Part shown: positions 55,852 through 61,615 of the stretch, piece by piece
Layout: each line of letters opens with the position of its first letter
How positions within the stretch are numbered: position 1 is the first letter of the stretch
Assembly: GCA_038042445.1 (NCBI GenBank)
Contig: JBBTED010000063.1
Coordinates: 1-61,615, forward strand
DNA from: Candidatus Firestoneibacteriota bacterium
GTDB taxonomy: Bacteria > Oederibacteriota > D2-FULL-39-29 > JBBTED01
Reading direction: 5' to 3'
Length of the DNA: 61,615 nt
Made by a program: the position numbers and the translations under genes
Notes under the pieces: generated by a model
What the model saw: the letters and a program-made list of their open reading frames with translations, nothing else
Told to the model about the DNA's origin: nothing
Database searches by the model: none

Positions 55852-58035
55852 TTAAAGTTCTTTTAGCTTTTCTTCTATTTTATCTAAATAAATTTCTCTT
55901 GGCTTGGAACCCTGGTCAGGACCTATAAAACCCAACATTTCCAATTCACTTGCTAAGTTTGTTGCTTTGGGCCCGCCTATTTTAAAATAACCCTGCAATG
56001 AAGTAATAGAAACACGTTTTCTTTCTTTTATTAATAATAATGCTTCTTTTATTAGTTTTTTATCTTCTTCCTGCTCCACTGTTCCAACTTCTTGTGCTTT
56101 AGGTTCTAAAGCCTTTTCCAAAATATATAATGGCAAGCTCTGATTTCTCCAAAATTCCACTACTTTTTCAGTTTCTTCTGTTGAAACATACGCAGCCTGA
56201 CCTCTTATAGGCTTCGGCGAACTAACTGGAGAAAAAAGCATATCTCCTTTTCCAAGCAACTTGTCTGCTCCATTTGTATCAAGAATTGTTCTGGAATCAA
56301 CTTTTGAAGCTACCTGAAATGCAATTCTGGATGGAAAATTTGCTTTTATAACTCCTGTTATTACATCAACTGACGGACGTTGTGTGGCTAAAATCAAATG
56401 TATTCCAACACCACGTGCAAGTTGTGCAAGCCGGGTTATTGAAGTTTCCACTTCCCTTGCTGCTACTAACATTAAATCTGCCAATTCATCTATTACAACT
56501 ATTATATATGGCATTTTCCCTTCTGACTGTTTATTGTTATAAGCAGTTATATCTCTTGCATTAATTTCAGCAAATTGTTTGTATCGATTTTCCATTTCAA
56601 CAACTAATTTTCTTAAACTTACTGTAGCATATTTAGCATCATTAACTATTGGAGAATACAAATGTGGAATATCATTATAAATCATAAGTTCAACTCTTTT
56701 GGGATCAACAAGAAGTAATCTTAATTCTTTAGGTGTAAATTTATAAAGCAAGCTCATAATTATTGTATTAATACATACACTTTTTCCAGACCCAGTAGCC
56801 CCTGCTATTAATAAATGCGGAAGACTAGACAAATCTGATAATAATAATTTCCCATCTATAGTCTTGCCAAGAGCTATAGGGATCCTTCCTTTATATTTAT
56901 TCCATTCTTCTGCTTCTAAAATTTCGCGCAGTGCAACTAAAAGCGACTGACTATTTGGAACTTCTATTCCAACAGCAGCTTCCCCAGGAATAGGAGCTAC
57001 AACTCTGATATGTGTAGCCCTTAACACCAATGATAAATCATCAGCCAAACTTGTAATTTTGCTGACTTTAACTCCTTTAGCCGGCTCCAATTCGTATCTT
57101 GTTATTACAGGACCACATACTGTCCTATGTATTTTTACCTCAATTCCAAAATCTTTTAGTGTATTAATTAAAAGCTCTTCATTTATTTTTATATCCGCAG
57201 GAGAATCCACATCAGACTTATCTAAAACATTTTGGTTTAAAAGTTCGAGTGGAGGAAGTATATAATTTATTGCCGATACCACTGGTTGTGGTATTTTAGA
57301 AACTTCCTTTTTTTGATTTTTGATTTTTGATTTTTGATTTTTGAAATTTTCCTCGCTGGGTTCAATTTTTATCTTACCTGAATATGCTTTTTCTATTACC
57401 TCTTCAACAGGAGGCACAGGTGGTAAAGATATAGTAGCTTTTTTCTCAAGTCTTCTGATTTTATATTTAGCAAAATATTCTTTTATATCAACTTGTACCT
57501 GCTTAGAAAGTGACAGAATTTTGCAAAATAAAAGTGTTGTCCAATTTTTAAGCTTTTTTATCCCATTCCACACAGTAATTTCCCACTCAAGCAAATATAT
57601 AGCCAAAATCAAAAATGCAATAGAAAATATCCATGCACCTGTTTTAGCAAAAGCAGAAATTAAAATTCTGCTGGATAGTAACCCAAGTTTTCCACCAGTA
57701 AAACCAGGATTTTCTATAAGCACAAAAATAGTACAAAAGGATATAAGAAGTGCTAATACTCCTGCTCCGTGTATATAAGGTTTTTCTATTGTTTTACGCT
57801 TCAGTAAATAACCAGATATAACACCTGTAAGAAGTGGAGAAAAAAATGCCATACAACCGAATACATAAGTTAAAAGTTTTTCAATGCCTAATCCTACAGG
57901 TCCAAGATAATTTGAACTTTGTGGATGAGGCCAAAGACTTATTAAAAGCAATACAGTAATAAATAACCATATAATACCTATAAATTCTTCTTTTCTGTCT
58001 TTTTTTACCTTTTCAAAAAGTTTTTTATATTTCAC
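55852..58035 (-). CDS. ftsK: DNA translocase FtsK
   Basis: N-terminal TMs, GPVITRYE, PHLLIAGATGSGKSV, IDELADLM, ATQRPSVDVITG, C-terminal gamma domain. Confidence 0.97.
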   Translation of the reverse strand: MKYKKLFEKVKKDRKEEFIGIIWLFITVLLLISLWPHPQSSNYLGPVGLGIEKLLTYVFGCMAFFSPLLTGVISGYLLKRKTIEKPYIHGAGVLALLISFCTIFVLIENPGFTGGKLGLLSSRILISAFAKTGAWIFSIAFLILAIYLLEWEITVWNGIKKLKNWTTLLFCKILSLSKQVQVDIKEYFAKYKIRRLEKKATISLPPVPPVEEVIEKAYSGKIKIEPSEENFKNQKSKIKNQKKEVSKIPQPVVSAINYILPPLELLNQNVLDKSDVDSPADIKINEELLINTLKDFGIEVKIHRTVCGPVITRYELEPAKGVKVSKITSLADDLSLVLRATHIRVVAPIPGEAAVGIEVPNSQSLLVALREILEAEEWNKYKGRIPIALGKTIDGKLLLSDLSSLPHLLIAGATGSGKSVCINTIIMSLLYKFTPKELRLLLVDPKRVELMIYNDIPHLYSPIVNDAKYATVSLRKLVVEMENRYKQFAEINARDITAYNNKQSEGKMPYIIVVIDELADLMLVAAREVETSITRLAQLARGVGIHLILATQRPSVDVITGVIKANFPSRIAFQVASKVDSRTILDTNGADKLLGKGDMLFSPVSSPKPIRGQAAYVSTEETEKVVEFWRNQSLPLYILEKALEPKAQEVGTVEQEEDKKLIKEALLLIKERKRVSITSLQGYFKIGGPKATNLASELEMLGFIGPDQGSKPREIYLDKIEEKLKEL

Positions 58036-58453
58036 AATGAAGTTCTCCTTGTTTCCCCTGTTTTACTTCTATTAAAAACCCGTCAGGGTCTTTGCAGAAA
58101 AAATATCTTGAATCAAATATTTCTGTTATAAATTCAATATTGTTCTCTTTTAACTTCCTATATGTAGAATTAATATCAGCTACACTTAATGAAAAATGAA
58201 CTAATTTAATTTCGTGTAATATTTCACATATTTGATTTTTGGTATTTGATTTTTGATTTTCCATACTTGTCGTATATGGCTGTAAAAATTCAATTAAAAA
58301 ATCCCCGAGTTTAATTACTGCACCTTTTAATTCCAAATCCGGTTTGTCAAATCTTTTAATTTCCTCAATTCCAAAGTTGTCTTTATACCACCCAATAGCT
58401 TTTTCAATATCTCTAACAGTTAATCCTATATGCTCAAATTTTGCTTCACTCAT
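58025..58453 (-). CDS. VOC/glyoxalase family protein
   Basis: EHIGLTVRDIEKAIGWY, HFSLSVADI, FCKDPDGFLIEV. Confidence 0.9.
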   Translation of the reverse strand: MSEAKFEHIGLTVRDIEKAIGWYKDNFGIEEIKRFDKPDLELKGAVIKLGDFLIEFLQPYTTSMENQKSNTKNQICEILHEIKLVHFSLSVADINSTYRKLKENNIEFITEIFDSRYFFCKDPDGFLIEVKQGKQGELHCEI

Positions 58454-59489
58454 TTTTATTTGGTATTATTACAACTTTAAGGCATTGTTTCCCTTCGCTT
58501 GCTATTTTAAATCCTTCACCTATTTCATCAAGATTTAACCTATGAGTAATCATATCCATAACCTGAACATTGCCGGCTCTGATTAATTCTAATGCCTGCA
58601 TATTATCTAATGGCGCTGCGCCATAACTTGTTTTGAAATTTATATCATTTCTCCAGTAAGAATTAAAATCCATTGCAACAGTTTCACCAGGTTTTGGCAC
58701 AGCAAAAAACAATATAGTTCCACCTTTATCCACTGACTGCAAAGCCTGTTCTACTGCAGGTAATACACCTGTGCAAAGAACAACTTTGTCCACAAGTTTG
58801 CCATTATTAATTTTTTTTATATTCGCAGAAAGTTTATTTATATCAACCGTTGCATTAAACACATATTCTGCGCCGAATTTATTTGCTGATTCAAGTCTGT
58901 AATCACTAACATCTGTTGCAATAATTCTACCAGCACCTAATGCTTTAGCTAATTTTACATTCAACAATCCTGCAATACCACATCCAAGTATAAGAACACT
59001 ATTTCCGGGATGCAAATCTATCATTCTCAATCCTCTTACTACTGTCCCTAACGGTTCAACAAATGTCCCCTGTTCATAAGACATTTCATCTGGAAGTATA
59101 AATGTGCCTGTATCCAAACTTTTTCCGGAAATTTTTAAATATTCAGCAAATCCTCCTGGATGAAAATTATTTTTTGTATGAAATGTTTCACAAGCTGTTT
59201 CGTGATTAGTCAAACAGTAATAACATTCACCACAAGGAACATGGTGTGTTGAAACAATCCTATCTCCAACTTTATATTTTTTTACATCCTTACCAACTTC
59301 TACTACTTTTCCTGCTAATTCATGTCCTAAAACCAAAGGAGCTCTTTTTATCCTGTACCATTCCATTATATCACTACCACAAATACCACAAGCCATAACT
59401 TTCACTAATATATCTTTATCTCCAATATCAGGCTTGAGCATCTCTTCAACTCTGACATCCCTATTATTATAATACATTCCTATTTTCAT
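58446..59489 (-). CDS. Zinc-dependent alcohol/polyol dehydrogenase (MDR family)
   Basis: CGICGSD, LGHE, CGECYYC...C, GCGIAG. Confidence 0.92.
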   Translation of the reverse strand: MKIGMYYNNRDVRVEEMLKPDIGDKDILVKVMACGICGSDIMEWYRIKRAPLVLGHELAGKVVEVGKDVKKYKVGDRIVSTHHVPCGECYYCLTNHETACETFHTKNNFHPGGFAEYLKISGKSLDTGTFILPDEMSYEQGTFVEPLGTVVRGLRMIDLHPGNSVLILGCGIAGLLNVKLAKALGAGRIIATDVSDYRLESANKFGAEYVFNATVDINKLSANIKKINNGKLVDKVVLCTGVLPAVEQALQSVDKGGTILFFAVPKPGETVAMDFNSYWRNDINFKTSYGAAPLDNMQALELIRAGNVQVMDMITHRLNLDEIGEGFKIASEGKQCLKVVIIPNKNE

Positions 59490-59507
59490 CTAAAAATTCC
59501 CTTGTAT

Positions 59508-59641
59508 GTCATTCCCGCAATTATTTAGCGGGAATCCAGTGTCTTTAAAACAAGACTCTGGATTCCCAATTAAAACCTTGGGAGTGACAAAAAAATAATT
59601 GTAACACAGTCTGTTTTTGGGGCGGGTAAACCCGCCCCTAC
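59508..59641. repeat. GTCATTCCC double hairpin plus GTAGGGGCGGGTTTACCCGCCCC REP
   Basis: 59508-59588 and 59619-59641. Confidence 0.85.
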
Positions 59642-59649
59642 GCGAACCC

Positions 59650-60534
59650 CTATTTTTTATTTTTAGCGAGTTTGTTATAAAATCTATATGCTTCTTCTGC
59701 TGTATTACCTTCGTGAACTATAGATCGAACTGCCTGTATCATAGCAACAGGATGTTCATTCTGAAAAATATTTCGTCCCATATCAACACCAACAGCACCT
59801 GCTTTGATTGCATTATAAGTAAAATCTAGCGCTTCTTTTGTAGGTTTTTTTGTTCCACCTGCAATAACAATTGGCGCAAGACAGGACCCAACAACTTCTT
59901 CAAAACCATCACAGTAATAGCTCTTGACTATATCCGCTCCATCTTCAGAAAGAACGCGACAAGCATGTTTAAGATATTTAAGTGCCTCTTTTTTATCCTC
60001 TGAAGTAAGTTCTCCGCCATCTTCTCTTTCTCCCTTAACAAATTTTGTAAGTTTCGGATCACTTCCCACTGCTGTTATTCCTATTGAAATTAAACCATAT
60101 TTATGTGCCTGATTTGTTAAACTAACCAAATTACCTATTGTATCTTTCTGATGTGGCAAACCTATATATGCCGAAGCAGTAAATCCAATAGCATTTGTTC
60201 TTATAATTTCATCTACAGAAACAGTAACTATTTCATCGTCTAAGTCTGCTGGTTTTGTCATACTATTACCACCAGTTGCCCTTAAAATAACCGGAGTTTT
60301 CATCCAGGGATTCATATTTGTTTTCAAACCACCAATAGTAGGACTAATTGCATCGCAATAAGGTAATAATGGTTCAATAGTTTTTCTCAAATTTTCAAGA
60401 CCTTTCGGTGCGCCCTGAAAATACCCATGGTCAACTGCAAGCAAAACTGTTCTCCCAGATTTCGGATTAAACATTTGCGCCAACCTATTCTCCAACCCAC
60501 TCCATTCAACCTGATAATCAAATACTTTTTTCAT
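59650..60534 (-). CDS. lsrF: Class I aldolase/thiolase, LsrF/DhnA family
   Basis: G.ENRL...FNPKSGRTVLLAVDHGYFQG, GADIVKSYY, PIVIAGG, GVDMGRNIFQ. Confidence 0.8.
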   Translation of the reverse strand: MKKVFDYQVEWSGLENRLAQMFNPKSGRTVLLAVDHGYFQGAPKGLENLRKTIEPLLPYCDAISPTIGGLKTNMNPWMKTPVILRATGGNSMTKPADLDDEIVTVSVDEIIRTNAIGFTASAYIGLPHQKDTIGNLVSLTNQAHKYGLISIGITAVGSDPKLTKFVKGEREDGGELTSEDKKEALKYLKHACRVLSEDGADIVKSYYCDGFEEVVGSCLAPIVIAGGTKKPTKEALDFTYNAIKAGAVGVDMGRNIFQNEHPVAMIQAVRSIVHEGNTAEEAYRFYNKLAKNKK

Positions 60535-60686
60535 ATTAACGACCCCTCCTTTTTTGTTAATTATTTATCAATTATCAATAAAAGTCAATGTTAAAATCCG
60601 TGGAGTTTCCCCATTTTTATAAAAATAGTACAAACATTTGCCAACAATTCAATGCACCTAAGATGTCATTTTCACAAAACAATAAT

Positions 60687-60744
60687 GTAGAAGAGGCTTT
60701 AGCCTCGGTATTTTTTCTTTATCCGCCTCTAAAGAGGCTTCTAC
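60687..60744. repeat. GTAG REP doublet in the divergent intergenic region
   Basis: gtagaagaggctttagcctc...gcctctaaagaggcttctac. Confidence 0.75.
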
Positions 60745-60846
60745 ATAAAAATTTCATTTCCACATTCTAATTTTAAAAAATCCTTTATTTATCTATACTT
60801 TCTTACATTTAGTGCAGAATTTTGGGGAAACTCCATTAAAATCCAC

Positions 60847-60875
60847 TTGACATAGTCATAATTTTTAAGTAGTTT
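60847..60875 (+). promoter_or_regulatory. Sigma70-type promoter with a very short leader for the ECF sigma gene
   Basis: TTGACA-17 bp-TAGTTT, 11 nt before ATG 60887. Confidence 0.5.
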
Positions 60876-60886
60876 TAAGTTCATAT

Positions 60887-61510
60887 ATGGATTCCAAGCA
60901 AGTCAATTCAGAGCATACTGATGAACAAGAATTAATAAAAAAAGTACAGGAAAAGGACAGAAACGCATTTAATCAATTGGTTAAAAAATATATGGAAAGA
61001 GCGTATGCTATTGCTTATAGAATAACACATAATCATCATGATGCCCAAGACTTGTCTCAAGAAGCATTTATTAAAGTATGGAATTCTATAAATTCATTCA
61101 CAGGAAAATCAAGTTTTTATACATGGTTTTATCGTATTCTTGTAAATCTGTGTATAGATTTTCAGCGGAAACATTCTTTTTTAAAAATTTTTTATACATC
61201 GGATTCTAATTCGGATAAAAACCCTGAAATGGGACACGCTACACACAACATCTGGCAAAATTCTTCTAACCAAGAAAATCCTGAAAAATCTTTATTGAAT
61301 AAAGAACTTGAATATAAGATAAATAATGCACTTAAAAAATTACCTGCAAAACAAAAAGTGGTTTTTGAACTAAAATATTATCAAGGTCTACAGTTCTCTG
61401 AAATTGCAAAAATTTTAAAATGTTCAGAAGGAACAGTAAAAAGCCATATGTTTCGTTCTACAAGAAAACTACAAAAACTATTAGTGCAGACTACAGACAT
61501 TAGACTATAG
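60887..61510 (+). CDS. ECF sigma-70 family factor
   Basis: AFNQLVKKY, DAQDLSQEAFIKVW, FYTWFYRILVNLCID, EIAKILKCSEGTVKSHMFR. Confidence 0.95.
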   Translation: MDSKQVNSEHTDEQELIKKVQEKDRNAFNQLVKKYMERAYAIAYRITHNHHDAQDLSQEAFIKVWNSINSFTGKSSFYTWFYRILVNLCIDFQRKHSFLKIFYTSDSNSDKNPEMGHATHNIWQNSSNQENPEKSLLNKELEYKINNALKKLPAKQKVVFELKYYQGLQFSEIAKILKCSEGTVKSHMFRSTRKLQKLLVQTTDIRL

Positions 61511-61615
61511 TGTGGTGTCCCTAACAGTTCTTTACATTTGATCTAACAGATGTGGTTAGGCAAGTTAAGGAAGTAGTAAAATGTTAAGGCTATTTGAAGC
61601 TGTCTGTCATTCTGA

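Overview
AT-rich (roughly 30-33% GC by eye) chromosomal segment of a diderm bacterium (LolA, secretin, OmpA domain, outer-membrane barrels); the taxon cannot be fixed from sequence alone. Almost all genes are on the minus strand. Housekeeping genes at both ends (ftsK-lolA ... rodZ-yajQ-rimO-pgsA) bracket a ~52 kb cell-envelope block. The block holds a sugar transferase, rpoN, several exported repeat proteins and a T2SS/type IV pilus-like cluster (PilB, PilC, GspG-like pilin, minor pilins, PilM-PilN fusion, PilO, secretin, 1,100-aa PilX-like protein). Directly downstream is a ~28 kb array of five PorV/PorP-like beta-barrel genes interleaved with six large exported proteins that share one T9SS-like C-terminal domain. 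The window is saturated with small palindromic repeats of three classes: GTAG-tagged REPs, GTCA...TGAC hairpins and CCCCT...AGGGG hairpins. It also carries two RAYT (Y1 HUH) transposases, a repeat-flanked GIY-YIG nuclease and an MNT-HEPN pair, all inserted at gene junctions of the array. The most striking observations are: (i) one RAYT is fused in frame, through a translated REP cluster, to the signal peptide and body of a secreted cargo protein; (ii) an inverted 7-bp repeat encodes both the basic and the hydrophobic halves of many signal peptides; (iii) repeats supply or abut stop codons and sit in frame in leaders and loops of RimO, PilM, a barrel and two prepilins; (iv) a diverged copy of one gene's 3' end begins exactly at a REP GTAG. 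No CRISPR, tRNA or rRNA was recognised. All family calls come from motif recognition by eye, not database searches.
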